Positions 27,514-38,545 of a DNA stretch of 64,000 bases are shown here, piece after piece. Where the stretch lies: positions 352,001-416,000 of the forward strand of contig CAVVCZ010000004.1 in assembly GCA_963746845.1 (NCBI GenBank), given 5' to 3'. The notes beneath the pieces were generated by a model. That model was not told where the DNA came from and did not search any database. It worked only from the letters and a program-made list of their open reading frames with translations. Origin of the DNA: an uncultured Chloroflexia bacterium. Its GTDB lineage: Bacteria; Chloroflexota; Limnocylindria; Limnocylindrales; CSP1-4. Every line of letters begins with the position of its first letter. Position 1 is the first letter of the stretch. The position numbers and the translations under genes are program-made.

Positions 27514-30188
27514 CCCAGCCGATGGGACTTCCGACCGGTCCAGCCGTCACGTTCCTGTTCACCGACATCGAGGGCTCGACGCGCCTCGAGCGCGCCGTCG
27601 GTTCGGCCGCCTGGGCGGGGATCGTCGCCCGCCACGATGCGCTGCTTCGTGGCGCGATCGAGACGAACGGCGGCGCCGTCGTCAAGACCGAGGGCGACGC
27701 GTTCTTCGCGGCCTTCGCGCGGCCCGTCGACGCCGTACGAGCGGCCGTCGACGCCCAGCGAGCCCTCGCCGCCGAACCCTGGCCGGATGACGCGACGCTC
27801 CGGGTCCGGATGGGCCTCCACCTCGGCGAGGGTCGGCTCCGCCACGCCGGACCGGACGGCGACCATCCAGAGGACTACGTCGGGATCGACGTGAACTACA
27901 CGGCCCGCATCACGGCTGCCGGAAACGGCGGCCAGGTCGTCGTGTCCGATGCGCTGGCCATCGCCGTCCGGGACGACGTGGCGGCAAAGCCAGCGCTCGG
28001 GGACGCCGAGCTCGTGGACGAGGGGCTTCGCGCCGTCAAGGACTTCGACGATCCCGCGCGGCTTCATCGCCTGGTGATCCCCGGCGCGGCCGACGACATC
28101 CGCCGCCTGCGGACGAGCGACGCACCGTCGAACCTCCCGGGCGAGGTCACCGCGCTCGTCGGCCGCGAGGCGGAGATCGAGCTCCTCCGCGAGGCGCTCG
28201 GGACGAGCCGGATCGTGACCCTGACCGGACCGGGCGGCAGCGGCAAGACCCGCCTCGCGCTGGGCGTCGCCCGCACCACGGTCGACCGGTTCCCGCACGG
28301 CTCCTGGTTCGTCGACCTGGCCGCGCTGCGCGAGCCCACGCTGCTCGAGGCCGCGATCGCCGCAACGATCGGGGTCCGCGAGACGACCGATCAGACCGTC
28401 GCCGAGGCCCTCGGGTCCCGGCTTCGGGACCAGACCGCGCTGTTCGTCCTCGACAACCTCGAGCAGCTCCTTCCGGATGCCGCGGACCGTGTCGCGGGGC
28501 TCGTCCGCGCAGCGCCCGAGATCCGGATCCTCGTGACCAGCCGCGAGCTGCTGAGGATCTCGGGCGAGCGTGGGTTCCCGGTTCCTCCTCTCGACGGATC
28601 GGCCGGCGTCGCGCTGTTCGAGGACCGGGCGCGCGGCCATCGACCCGACTTCCTCCTGACCGACGAGGGTCGGGCAGCGATCCGTGCGATCTGCGACCGG
28701 CTCGGCGGCCTGCCCCTCGCGATCGAGCTCGCGGCGGCGCGGATCCGGACCTTGAGCCCGGCCCAGATCCTCGAGCGACTCGGTCGCAGCCTGGACCTGG
28801 CCGGTGGCAGTCGCGACCTGCCGGAGCGCCAGCGCACGCTCCGCGGCGCGATCACCTGGAGCCATGACCTGCTGTCCGACGCGGAGCGCCGCCTGTTCCG
28901 ACGGCTGGCGGTGTTCGCCGGCGGGTGGACGGTCGACGGGGCCGAGGCCGTCACGAACGCGGACGGCGATCTCGGCATCGACCTCGTCGACGGGCTGGAG
29001 TCGCTCGCCGACAAGAGCCTGGTGCGGGTCGAGCCCGACGACGACGGCGGCGGGGGCGGGAGCGGGAGCGACGAGACCCGCTTCGGGCTCCACCCGCTCC
29101 TTCGCGAGTACGCCGTCGAGCGCCTCGAGGACGGGGGCGAGCTGGCTGCGATGCAGCTCCGGCACGCGGATCTCATGACCGTGGTCGCCGAGCGGCTCGG
29201 CTCGGGCATCCTCGGCGCCGACGGCGAGGCCCGGATCACCCGGCTCGATCACGAGGAGTACAACCTCCGTGCTGCGATCGACTGGTCGCTGGCGAACGAC
29301 CGATCCGACGTCGGCCTTCGCCTGATGGCAACCACCTGGCGCTGGTTCCAGCAGCGCGGCCGGCTGCGCGAGGGCCTCGCCATCCTCGCCGAGCTCCTTG
29401 CACGGCCGGCAGGCGATGTCCGCGTCCGGATCGGCGGGCTCGCCGCCCAGGGTGGCCTGGCGTACTGGATGGACGACCTTGCGCTGGCGCGGGCCGCCTA
29501 CGACGAACGCCTGGAGCTCGCATCGGGCACCGGCGATCCAGTGCTTGTCGCCGACGCTCACTACGACCGCGGCTTCCTGTCGATGGCGGAACGGGACGGC
29601 GAGAGCCTTCGCCGCCACGAGCAGGAAGCCCTGAACCTGTACCTCGCGGCGGATCGGGGGGACGACGTGCTCCGGGCGCGTTCGGCCCTGGTGCTCGGGG
29701 TCTTCCTGGCCGGCGACGATGCCCAGGCGATCGCGCTCCAGGAGGAGAACCTGGCCGCATACCGAAGGAACGCGTCCCGGAACGAGATCGCCGACGCGTC
29801 GACGCTTCTGGCGGGCATCCTCTTCCGGCACGGGGAGCCGGCGCTGGCCTGGGAGCGGATGATCGAGGGCCTGCGGACCTTCGCCGCAAGCGAGTTCTGG
29901 TCGGGGATCGCTCGCGACCTGGTGGTGGCCGCGCAGCTCCAGGTCGTCCATGGCGATGCCGAGCTCGGCGCGCGGGTCGCGGGCGCCGTTCATGAGCTCG
30001 CGCGGGAGCGGGGCCTGATGCTGGCTCCGATCAAGATCCTCCACCTGCCGGACCCGGCCGAGCTGGCCGTCGAGCGGCTCGGCCAGCACCGCGCCGAGGA
30101 GCTCCTCCGGGCCGGCGCCGCGGTTCCCATCGACGAGGTCATCGACGAGGTCCTGGCCGCGCCGGTGCCCACCGGCGCCCTCGTTTGA
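27510..30188 (+). CDS. class III cyclase + STAND/NB-ARC-like ATPase + TPR-like protein
   Basis: FLFTDIEGST, KTEGDAF, GPGGSGKT, VLDNLE and GLPLAIELAA. Confidence 0.9.
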   Translation: MTQPMGLPTGPAVTFLFTDIEGSTRLERAVGSAAWAGIVARHDALLRGAIETNGGAVVKTEGDAFFAAFARPVDAVRAAVDAQRALAAEPWPDDATLRVRMGLHLGEGRLRHAGPDGDHPEDYVGIDVNYTARITAAGNGGQVVVSDALAIAVRDDVAAKPALGDAELVDEGLRAVKDFDDPARLHRLVIPGAADDIRRLRTSDAPSNLPGEVTALVGREAEIELLREALGTSRIVTLTGPGGSGKTRLALGVARTTVDRFPHGSWFVDLAALREPTLLEAAIAATIGVRETTDQTVAEALGSRLRDQTALFVLDNLEQLLPDAADRVAGLVRAAPEIRILVTSRELLRISGERGFPVPPLDGSAGVALFEDRARGHRPDFLLTDEGRAAIRAICDRLGGLPLAIELAAARIRTLSPAQILERLGRSLDLAGGSRDLPERQRTLRGAITWSHDLLSDAERRLFRRLAVFAGGWTVDGAEAVTNADGDLGIDLVDGLESLADKSLVRVEPDDDGGGGGSGSDETRFGLHPLLREYAVERLEDGGELAAMQLRHADLMTVVAERLGSGILGADGEARITRLDHEEYNLRAAIDWSLANDRSDVGLRLMATTWRWFQQRGRLREGLAILAELLARPAGDVRVRIGGLAAQGGLAYWMDDLALARAAYDERLELASGTGDPVLVADAHYDRGFLSMAERDGESLRRHEQEALNLYLAADRGDDVLRARSALVLGVFLAGDDAQAIALQEENLAAYRRNASRNEIADASTLLAGILFRHGEPALAWERMIEGLRTFAASEFWSGIARDLVVAAQLQVVHGDAELGARVAGAVHELARERGLMLAPIKILHLPDPAELAVERLGQHRAEELLRAGAAVPIDEVIDEVLAAPVPTGALV

Positions 30189-30221
30189 CGCCTCGCGGAG
30201 CCGGTCGTACGCTCGCCGCCC

Positions 30222-31670
30222 GTGCCACCGACCACTGACGATCCCGCCCGCCGACCGCAGACCCTCGGGGAGCTGCGCGCCGCGGGCTGGTCCGGGCGCT
30301 CGGTCAAGGAAGAGCTCCGGGCCAATCTGCTGGCGCGGCTGGCCGCGGGGCGCCCGATCATGTCGGGCATCGTCGGGTACGACGAATCCGTCCTGCCAGC
30401 CGTCGAGAACGCGATCATCGCGGGGCAGGATCTCGTCTTCCTCGGCGAGCGCGGGCAGGCCAAGACGCGTCTGGCGCGCCTCCTGGTGGGGCTGCTGGAC
30501 GAGGCGATCCCCGTCGTGCGCGGCGGAGAGCTGAACGACGACCCGCTCGCGCCGATCTCGCCGAGCGCCATCGCCATCGTCGCCGAGCACGGGGACGACA
30601 CCCCGATCGACTGGCTGCCCCGCGACCGTCGCTACGCGGAGAAGCTCGCGACACCGGACATCACGATCGCCGACCTGATCGGCGAGGTCGATCCCATCCG
30701 GGTCGCCGAGGGCCGCTACCTGAGCGACGAGCTGACGCTCCACTACGGGCTGATCCCGCGTTCGAACCGCGGGATCTTCGCGATCAACGAGCTGCCCGAC
30801 CTCGCGGAACGGATCCAGGTGGGCCTCCTGAACATCCTCGAGGAGCGCGACGTCCAGATCCGCGGCTTCCAGGTCCGGCTTCCGCTCGACCTGTTCGTCG
30901 TCGCGAGCGCCAACCCCGAGGACTACACGAGCCGCGGCCGGATCATCACGCCGCTCAAGGACCGCCTCGGGTCGCAGATCCGGACGCACTATCCGCGGAC
31001 CTTGGACCACGAGCTCGAGATCGTCCGCCAGGAGAAGCAGCGCTTCGCCGGCGGCGACGACGAGCCCGCGATCGCGGTGCCCGGGTTCATGGAGGAGCTG
31101 CTCGCCGAGCTGACCCACCTCGCGCGGCGATCGCCCGAGATCAGCCAGCGTTCCGGCGTCAGCGTCCGGGTCACGGTCGCGAACACCGAGGTGCTCGAGG
31201 CGGCCGCCCTCCGCCGCGCCGTCCGGCTCGGCGAGACCGTGGCCGCGCCGCGCGTCTCCGACCTGGGTGCCGTCGTCGCCTCGACCGTCGGCAAGATCGA
31301 GCTCGAGTCCGTCGGCGACGACGCGCCCGAGGAGCGGATCGTCGAGCGGCTGATCACGAAGGCCCTGTTCGCGACGTTCGGGCGGCGGGTCGACCTGGAC
31401 GACCTCGATGACGTGGTCGTCTCGTTCGAGGACGGTCTCGTGATCGAGACGGGTGACCGCGTGCCGTCGCGCGAGTACGTCCACTGGATGGGCGAGGTCC
31501 CCGGGCTGCATGACGCCGTCCGGCGGCTCGGCACGTTCGATGTCACGGACGGGGCGGAGGAGCCGGCGGTCGTCGCGTCAGCGGTCGAGTTCCTCCTCGA
31601 GGGCCTTCACCTCTCCCGGCGGATCAACAAGGACCGCTCGGGCTCCGGAGCCGTCGTCTACCGGCGATGA
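30222..31670 (+). CDS. AAA+ ATPase (ChlI/MoxR-like)
   Basis: GERGQAKT, INELPDL and ANPEDY; promoter TTGACG-N17-TACGCT at 30185-30213. Confidence 0.88.
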   Translation: MPPTTDDPARRPQTLGELRAAGWSGRSVKEELRANLLARLAAGRPIMSGIVGYDESVLPAVENAIIAGQDLVFLGERGQAKTRLARLLVGLLDEAIPVVRGGELNDDPLAPISPSAIAIVAEHGDDTPIDWLPRDRRYAEKLATPDITIADLIGEVDPIRVAEGRYLSDELTLHYGLIPRSNRGIFAINELPDLAERIQVGLLNILEERDVQIRGFQVRLPLDLFVVASANPEDYTSRGRIITPLKDRLGSQIRTHYPRTLDHELEIVRQEKQRFAGGDDEPAIAVPGFMEELLAELTHLARRSPEISQRSGVSVRVTVANTEVLEAAALRRAVRLGETVAAPRVSDLGAVVASTVGKIELESVGDDAPEERIVERLITKALFATFGRRVDLDDLDDVVVSFEDGLVIETGDRVPSREYVHWMGEVPGLHDAVRRLGTFDVTDGAEEPAVVASAVEFLLEGLHLSRRINKDRSGSGAVVYRR

Positions 31671-31686
31671 GCGACGGCGACGGCAG

Positions 31687-33810
31687 ATGACCGCGTCGTA
31701 CTCGCCCGACCCGCGCGACCTCGAGGCGCCCGGCGCCGCGTCGTCCGGCCGGGATCCGCTGCTGGCCCGCGCCGCCCGCTACGCGCGCTGGGACGGCACC
31801 CAGACGATCCCCGCCCTCGATGCCGACGAGATCCTCGACGCGATGGCCGACGACGTCATGGCCGAGGGCGACCTGTCCGAGGCGCTCCGGCGGTTGATGG
31901 AGCGCGGCTGGCGGACCTCGGACCCAACGCGCAGGGACCTCGCCGGGCTGAACGAGCTGCGCGAGCGCCTCCGCCGGCGCCGCGAGGAGCTCCAGGAGCG
32001 TTACCAGCTCCGCGACGTCCTCGCCGACGTCCGCCAGGAGCTCGACGACATCGTCGCGCAGGAGCGTGCCGGCATCGAGCGCCGGCTGGACGACGCCGCC
32101 TCGCCGCCCGACGGGTCGCCCTCCGACCCGGCGCTCCGGGCGATGCTCCGCGACGCCGCGGCCCGCCGGATCGACCAGCTCGACGACCTGCCGCGCGACG
32201 TCGGGGGCCGGATCCGCCGGCTCGAGGAATACGACTTCATGGAGCCGGAGGCGCGCGACCGGTTCAACGCCCTCACGGAGCGGCTCCGGAAGCAGACCCT
32301 CGACCGCTTCGTCGACGGCCTGTCGGAGGCGATCCAGGGCACGACGCCCGAGGACCTCGCGGCGAACCGGGAGATGGTCCGCGATCTCAACTCGCTCCTC
32401 GAGGAGCGGCTCGACGGCCGCGAGCCGGGCCAGGACCAGGTCGACGACTTCCTCGCGAAGCACGGGCGGTTCTTTCCCGGAGCCCGGACCCTCGACGACA
32501 TCGTCGAGCAGCTGACCCAGCGGATGGCCGCGATGTCCTCGCTCCTCCGGTCGATGACGCCGCAGCAGCGCGCCGAGCTCCAGTCGATGATGGACGCCCT
32601 GCTCCGTGACGACCGGCTGCGCTGGGACCTCGCGCGGCTGGCGTCGAACATGGACCAGCTGATGCCGGACGGCCTCGGGGAGGGCTACGAGTTCAGCGGC
32701 GAGCAGCCGCTCGGCCTGGAGCCGGCGCTCGAGCGGATCGGCCAGCTCCAGTCGCTCGACCGGCTCGAGGACCAGCTGAACGCGATCGAGGAACCGGCCG
32801 ATCTCGGCGGACTCGACCCCGATGAGGTCCGCGAGCTGCTCGGGGCCGACAGCGCGCGCGACCTCGAGGCGCTCGACGAGCTCGCCCGGCGGCTCGAGGA
32901 GGCCGGCTACCTGTCGCGCAAGGGCGATCGGATGGAGTTGACCCCGCGCGGCAGCCGGCGGATCGGTCAGAAGGTCCTCGACGATCTGTTCGCGCGGCTG
33001 TCCCGCGACGCCTTCGGCGGTCACCGGATCGACCGGGCCGGTCGGGGAGGTGAGCGCGAGGAGACGACCAAGCCCTACGAGTTCGGCGACCCGTTCCACC
33101 TGGATATCCGCGGCACGATCGAGAACGCGCTGAGACGCCCCGAGAACGCGCCGGCCGAACGGCTCGCCCGGGGCGATTCCGGTGTCCGGCTCTCACCCGC
33201 GGACTTCGAGGTCTTCCGGACCGAGCAGATGACCCGGACGTCGACCGTCCTGCTCGTCGACATGAGCCGCTCGATGCTCCTGCGGGGCTGCTTCGTGGCG
33301 GCGAAGAAGGTCGCGGTCGCCCTCGACACCCTGATCCGGACCCAGTTCCCGCACGACGACCTGTCGATCATCGGGTTCGCCTACTACGCCCGCGAGCTGC
33401 GGCCGGAGGCCCTCGCCGAGCTGACCTGGCACGGCTACGAGTACGGCACGAATCTGCAGCACGGGCTGATGCTCGCGCGCAAGATCCTCGCGCGGCAGCG
33501 GGGCGGGGATCGCCAGATCGTCGTGATCACGGACGGCGAGCCGACCGCCCACTTCGAGAACGGCCAGGTCGAGTTCAGCTACCCGCCGACCCGGCGGACG
33601 ATCCAGGAGACCCTCCGCGAGGTCCAGCGCTGCACCCGGGACGGGATCACGATCAACACGTTCATGCTCGAGCGCTCGCGCGCGCTGGCGGAGTTCGTCG
33701 CGCTCGTCACCCGGATGAACCGCGGCCGGGCGTTCTACGCGACCCCGGAGCGGCTCGGCGAGTACGTCCTCGTCGATTTCGTGGCGAACCGGACCCGCGG
33801 CGTGGGCTAG
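31687..33810 (+). CDS. VWA domain protein, partner of the AAA+ ATPase
   Basis: MIDAS motif DMSRSM, GTN and ITDGEP. Confidence 0.88.
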   Translation: MTASYSPDPRDLEAPGAASSGRDPLLARAARYARWDGTQTIPALDADEILDAMADDVMAEGDLSEALRRLMERGWRTSDPTRRDLAGLNELRERLRRRREELQERYQLRDVLADVRQELDDIVAQERAGIERRLDDAASPPDGSPSDPALRAMLRDAAARRIDQLDDLPRDVGGRIRRLEEYDFMEPEARDRFNALTERLRKQTLDRFVDGLSEAIQGTTPEDLAANREMVRDLNSLLEERLDGREPGQDQVDDFLAKHGRFFPGARTLDDIVEQLTQRMAAMSSLLRSMTPQQRAELQSMMDALLRDDRLRWDLARLASNMDQLMPDGLGEGYEFSGEQPLGLEPALERIGQLQSLDRLEDQLNAIEEPADLGGLDPDEVRELLGADSARDLEALDELARRLEEAGYLSRKGDRMELTPRGSRRIGQKVLDDLFARLSRDAFGGHRIDRAGRGGEREETTKPYEFGDPFHLDIRGTIENALRRPENAPAERLARGDSGVRLSPADFEVFRTEQMTRTSTVLLVDMSRSMLLRGCFVAAKKVAVALDTLIRTQFPHDDLSIIGFAYYARELRPEALAELTWHGYEYGTNLQHGLMLARKILARQRGGDRQIVVITDGEPTAHFENGQVEFSYPPTRRTIQETLREVQRCTRDGITINTFMLERSRALAEFVALVTRMNRGRAFYATPERLGEYVLVDFVANRTRGVG

Positions 33811-33892
33811 CAGAACCGGGTCACGCTCCACGAGGCGCGCCTCTATGCTCGCGAATCGAGCGCGGCGTCCGCCGTGCCATGGCGAGGAATCC

Positions 33893-34369
33893 ATGACGAT
33901 CTGGATCGCGATCTTCCTGTTCCTGCACGTGATGGGCGCGATCATCGCGTTCGGCCCGACGTTCTCGCTCCCGATCATCGGCAAGATGGCCGGCCAGGAG
34001 CCACAGCACGCGAACTTCGCCGCCCGGGTGACCGTGAAGATCGCCGGCCAGCGGATCGAGCCGCTCGCGATCTTCCAGGGCGTCACGGGCCTGATCCTGA
34101 TCTGGCTGACGGGGATCAACCCGTTCTCGACGCTGTGGCTCGGGCTCGGGATCATCCTGTACGTGATCGCGCTCGGCTACGCGCTCGGCGTCCAGCGGCC
34201 GACCGCCGCGAAGATCGCGGAGCTCAGCGCGACGCCGCCGCCTCCAGGTGCCACCGGCCCGTCGCCGGAGCTGATGGCCGCCGTCAAGAAGGCCCAGCGC
34301 GGCGGGATGTTCCTCGGGATCATGATCATCCTGATCGTGATCCTCATGGTGACCAAGCCGACCCTCTGA
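33893..34369 (+). CDS. 4-TM membrane protein (DUF2269-like)
   Basis: FLHVMGAIIAFGP...LMVTKP. Confidence 0.75.
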   Translation: MTIWIAIFLFLHVMGAIIAFGPTFSLPIIGKMAGQEPQHANFAARVTVKIAGQRIEPLAIFQGVTGLILIWLTGINPFSTLWLGLGIILYVIALGYALGVQRPTAAKIAELSATPPPPGATGPSPELMAAVKKAQRGGMFLGIMIILIVILMVTKPTL

Positions 34370-34459
34370 TCGTCGCAACCGGGGCGCAACCGGGCCGCTC
34401 CCGGCGGGCGGTCTACCATGGGTTCGATCGCCCCGCCTGCCGCTGGAGAGCCCTGACCG

Positions 34460-35872
34460 ATGCCCCACGTCGCCGACCGTGTACCGGACCTGATCGACCG
34501 CCTCGGTGGCGCGGCCCGCCTCGTCGGTGACGCGCTCGTCGTCGACGACGAGGCGACGTTCCGGAGCACGACGATCCGCGACCTCGCCTGGACGGCGGCG
34601 TTCGCGACCGATGAAGCGACGACCGCGGCCGCCCAGTGGCTGATCCACGAGGCCGCTCGGGTCCTCGGGGCGCACAGCGCGAGCATCCACGACCTGTACA
34701 TGGCGCGAGCCCGCGGCGAGGTCTCCGGGTTCACCGTCCCGGCCATCAACATCCGGGCCCAGACCTTCGACATGGCACGGACGGTCTACGAGACCGCGAC
34801 GGCGGCCGGCGTCGGCGCCGTGATCCTCGAGCTCGCCCGGAGCGAGCAGACGTACACCTTCCAGCGGCCGATCGACTACTCGACCGCGGTGCTGGCGGGT
34901 GCGGTTGCCGCGGGCTGGCGGGGCCCGATCTTCATCCAGGGGGACCACTACCAGTTCAACGCGAAGAAGTACGCCGCAGACCCCGAGGCGATGACCGAGG
35001 AGATCCGCCGGGCATGCCGTCTCGCGATCGACGCCGGCTATCGGAACATCGACATCGACAGCTCGACCCTCGTGGATCTGTCGAAGGCCACCCGAGACGA
35101 GCAGCAGCGCGAGAACTACCTGCGGGCGGCCGAACTGACCGCCCTGATCCGATCGCTCGAGACCGACGGGGTGACCGTCAGCGTCGGCGGCGAGATCGGC
35201 GAGGTCGGCAAGGAGAATTCGAACGAGGAGGAGCTGGTCGCCTATCTCGACGGCTACCGCGCCGAGCTTGGGCGCCGCGCACAGGGCGCGATCGGCATCA
35301 GCAAGGTCAGCGTCCAGACCGGCACGTCCCACGGCGGTGTGCCGATGGCGGACGGCACCGTGGCCGCGGTGAAGCTGGACTTCGACGTGCTGCGCCGGCT
35401 CGGCGAGGTCGCCCGCTCGTACGGGCTGGCGGGTGCCGTCCAGCACGGGGCGTCGACGCTGCCGGACGAGCTGTTCCACCACTTCCCGGCGGTCGAGACC
35501 GCCGAGATCCACCTGGCGACCGGCTTCCAGAACGCGCTCTACGAGCACCCCGCCTTCCCGGCCGAGCTCCATCGCGAGATCGAGGGATGGTGCTTCGACA
35601 ATGCGCTCGACGAGCGCAAGGCCGACCAGACCGACCAGCAGTTCGTCTACACGACCCGCAAGAAGGCGATCGGGCCGTTCAAGCGCCAGCTGTGGGACCT
35701 CGCGACGAAGGACGAGATCCTTGCCGCCCAGCGGCGGAAGATCGCGTTCCTGTTCACGGAGCTCGGCGTGAACGGCTCGCGATCGATGGTCGAGCAGTAC
35801 ATCCGGTCGGTCGAGCAGCGGCGCCCGATGCCGGATGCGCTCCGCGCGGCGACGGCGGGGGTCGCGGGCTGA
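34460..35872 (+). CDS. class II fructose-bisphosphate aldolase family protein (long form)
   Basis: FTVPAIN, QGDH, GEIGEVG, GTSHGG and VQHGAS. Confidence 0.85.
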   Translation: MPHVADRVPDLIDRLGGAARLVGDALVVDDEATFRSTTIRDLAWTAAFATDEATTAAAQWLIHEAARVLGAHSASIHDLYMARARGEVSGFTVPAINIRAQTFDMARTVYETATAAGVGAVILELARSEQTYTFQRPIDYSTAVLAGAVAAGWRGPIFIQGDHYQFNAKKYAADPEAMTEEIRRACRLAIDAGYRNIDIDSSTLVDLSKATRDEQQRENYLRAAELTALIRSLETDGVTVSVGGEIGEVGKENSNEEELVAYLDGYRAELGRRAQGAIGISKVSVQTGTSHGGVPMADGTVAAVKLDFDVLRRLGEVARSYGLAGAVQHGASTLPDELFHHFPAVETAEIHLATGFQNALYEHPAFPAELHREIEGWCFDNALDERKADQTDQQFVYTTRKKAIGPFKRQLWDLATKDEILAAQRRKIAFLFTELGVNGSRSMVEQYIRSVEQRRPMPDALRAATAGVAG

Positions 35873-36435
35873 CGGACCCCACGCCACCGGCCGGTCTCCG
35901 GATCCGGCCCGAGACGCCGGCCGACTTCGCGGCGATCGATCGCTTCCAGCTGGCCGCGTTCGGCGATCCGCAGATCCCGCCGTTGATCGCGGCGATCCGG
36001 GCGGATCCCGGCTACATCCCGGAGCTCGCGCTCGTGGCGGAGCTCCCCGGCCACGGCGCCGCGCGGCCACAGGTCGTCGGCCAGATCATGGTCAGCGGGA
36101 CGGTCCTCGGGATCGACACTGGGGCGCGCGTGGCCGTGCTGATGCTGTCGCCGCTTGGCGTGGATCCCGGCTGGCAGGGCCATGGGATCGGCGCGGCGCT
36201 GACCCGCGCCGCCCTCGAGATCGCCGACCGGCGCCCGGAGCCGCTGATGATCGTCCAGGGCCACCCGGGCTACTACCCGCGCTTCGGATTCGTGCGCGGT
36301 CGGACGATCGGCGTGCTCCCGCCCGAGCACCTCGGCACGATCGACCAGGCGTGGATGGCCCGGCGCTCACCCACCTGGAGGCCCTCGATCCGCGGCCGCG
36401 TGGTCTACCCGGGGCACTTCCTCGACCTCGACTGA
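35869..36435 (+). CDS. GNAT acetyltransferase (YhbS-like)
   Basis: IRPETPAD, LSPLGVDPGWQGHGIG and GHPGYYPRFGF; start uncertain (CTG overlapping the upstream stop). Confidence 0.8.
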   Translation: MTDPTPPAGLRIRPETPADFAAIDRFQLAAFGDPQIPPLIAAIRADPGYIPELALVAELPGHGAARPQVVGQIMVSGTVLGIDTGARVAVLMLSPLGVDPGWQGHGIGAALTRAALEIADRRPEPLMIVQGHPGYYPRFGFVRGRTIGVLPPEHLGTIDQAWMARRSPTWRPSIRGRVVYPGHFLDLD

Positions 36436-36677
36436 GGTCCGCCGCCGGGCCGCCTCCGTCTCCGGGGGCTGTCCAGCGGCCCAACCGACCGCCGGACCGG
36501 CTGCGAGCCGCGATCGGGACCGGCTTCCGGGGGCGATGGCGGTCGCGCGGTCTGCCGGACGGCCCGGATCGACCAACCCGACTCGGATGTGGCCGTACAG
36601 GGCCACGTCGGCGGTCGTTTTCGTCCGCCCCATGGCCATCGCGGGATGGAAACGGGCCCGCCGGTTCGGGAACTCCG

Positions 36678-36728
36678 TTGACTCGCCTCGTGGCGATGCC
36701 TATTCTCGGCCGAAATCGCGTCGCCACG
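36678..36728 (+). promoter_or_regulatory. promoter TTGACT-N17-TATTCT with an inverted repeat (CGTGGCGATGC/GCGTCGCCACG) flanking the -10 box
   Basis: Seen directly upstream of the APC permease. Confidence 0.6.
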
Positions 36729-36824
36729 GAGGGGGCGATGCGGTCCGGTGTGCCCTGCGTCCTCGCGTTCCACTCCAGAGGTCAGTCTCGCGCCCGTCGG
36801 GCGCGGCGGTAGGAGGAGGAAACC

Positions 36825-38466
36825 GTGACGGGATCGGTCCAGGACCAGGTAGCGCGCGACGACGCTCAACTGCGATCGCTCGGGATCAAGCCCGAGCTCA
36901 GACGGACGCTCGGGTTCCTGTCGAACTTCGCGATCGCGTTCAGCTTCATCAGCGTCTCGACGGGCAGCTACGGCAACTTCGCGATCGGAATCGGCCAGGC
37001 CGGTCCAGCGTTCTTCTGGTCGTGGCCGATCGTGATCATCGGCCAGTTCATCGTCGCGCTCGTCTTCGCCGAGCTGGCCAGCCACTTCCCGGTCGCGGGC
37101 TCGATCTACCAGTGGTCGAAGCGCCTCTCGAACCGGACCCTCGGCTGGTTCACGGGCTGGTTCTACTTCTGGGCCCAGGTCGTGACGGTCACGGCGGTCG
37201 CGGTCATCGTCGGGTACGTCATCGACGGCATCCACGGTCCGGTTCCCGAAGGACAGACGCCTTTCCTGTCGAGCCCGGATCCGACCGGCCTCACCTCGAT
37301 GTTCACGTTCATCGCGCTGGGGACGCTCGTGATCACGACGGTGATCAACGCCTACGGAGTCCGGCTCCTGTCGATCCTGAACAACATCGGCGTCGGGACC
37401 GAGATCCTCGGCATGGTCGTCTTCGCCCTGATCCTGCTGTTCTTCGCGCACAACCAGCCTGCGAGCGTTCTGTTCGACTCGGCCGGAACCGAGCAGGCGA
37501 CGGGCGGGCAGTACCTGCCGGCCTTCTCTCTCGGCATGTTCATGGCCCTGTTCGTCGTCTACGGCTTCGACACGGCCGGCACGTTCGGCGAGGAGACCGT
37601 CGACGCCGGCCGGCACGCACCCCGCGGCGTGATCTGGTCGGTCGCGATCGCCGGCATCGTCGGGACGATCTTCCTCGTCGCCGTCATCCTCGCGATTCCG
37701 GACATGTCCGCCGCGATCAAGGAGGGTCAGGCTCTCGGCTTCCCGATCGCGACCACGATCACCTCGACACTCGTGTACGACATCGGGGGAACCGGGATCA
37801 CCGTCGGCGAGATCTATCTGTTCGTCATCCTCGCCTCGGTCTTCGTCTGCACGCTCGCGATCCAGGGGGCGGCGAGCCGGATGATGTTCTCGATGAGCCG
37901 CGACAAGCACCTGCCGTTGGGAGGCGTGTGGGGCCACGTCAATTCGAGGTTCCGGACGCCGGCGAACGCCGCCATCGCGGTCGGCATCCTCGCGGCGATC
38001 CCCATCCTCGTCATCGGCCCGGGCGGCGGGTTCTCGGTCTCCATCGCGGCCACCGGGCTGATCTATCTCAGCTACCTGCTCTGCAACATCGGCGTCATGG
38101 CCGCCCGGATGCGCGGCTGGCCACGGACGCCGGCGTGGTTCAGCCTGGGTCGATGGGGAAAGCTGGTCAACGTGGTCGCGATCCTGTGGGGCGGGCTGAT
38201 GCTGATCAACATTGCCATCTGGCAGGACCCGAACCTGTTCGGTAACTTCGGCGGCGCCGGACGTGCGGCAACGAACCCGACGATCGACACGTTCGTGAAG
38301 CCGTTCGGCAACGACGATCGCCGGCATGCCGGCCTGGCCGGTGTTCGAGGTCCTCGTGATCGCGTTGATCCTGTTCGGTGCGCTCTACTACGTCGTGTCG
38401 ATCCGCGGTCGTGCCCCCGACACCGAGGCGGCGGATGCCGCGACGGGCGAAGCGGTGATCGGCTGA
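36825..38466 (+). CDS. APC-family amino acid/amine permease with a frameshift near 38310
   Basis: LGFLSNFAIAFSFIS and AELASHFPVAG; the last TM segment WPVFEVLVIALILFGALYY is in a shifted frame ending at TGA 38466. Confidence 0.88.
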
Positions 38467-38545
38467 CAGCCATCCCTGGATCCCTGTCCTCCAGCGGCGC
38501 GCCGTCCCCCCGGCGCGCCGCTGTCCTTGTCCGGGCGACGTCCCC

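Noticed and set aside
27402-31511. Very long antisense or alternate-frame ORFs (for example 1369 aa here, 39390-42656, 51603-54473 and 6973-9684)
   Set aside because: Shadow ORFs typical of high-GC DNA; they overlap well-supported genes and have no recognisable motifs.
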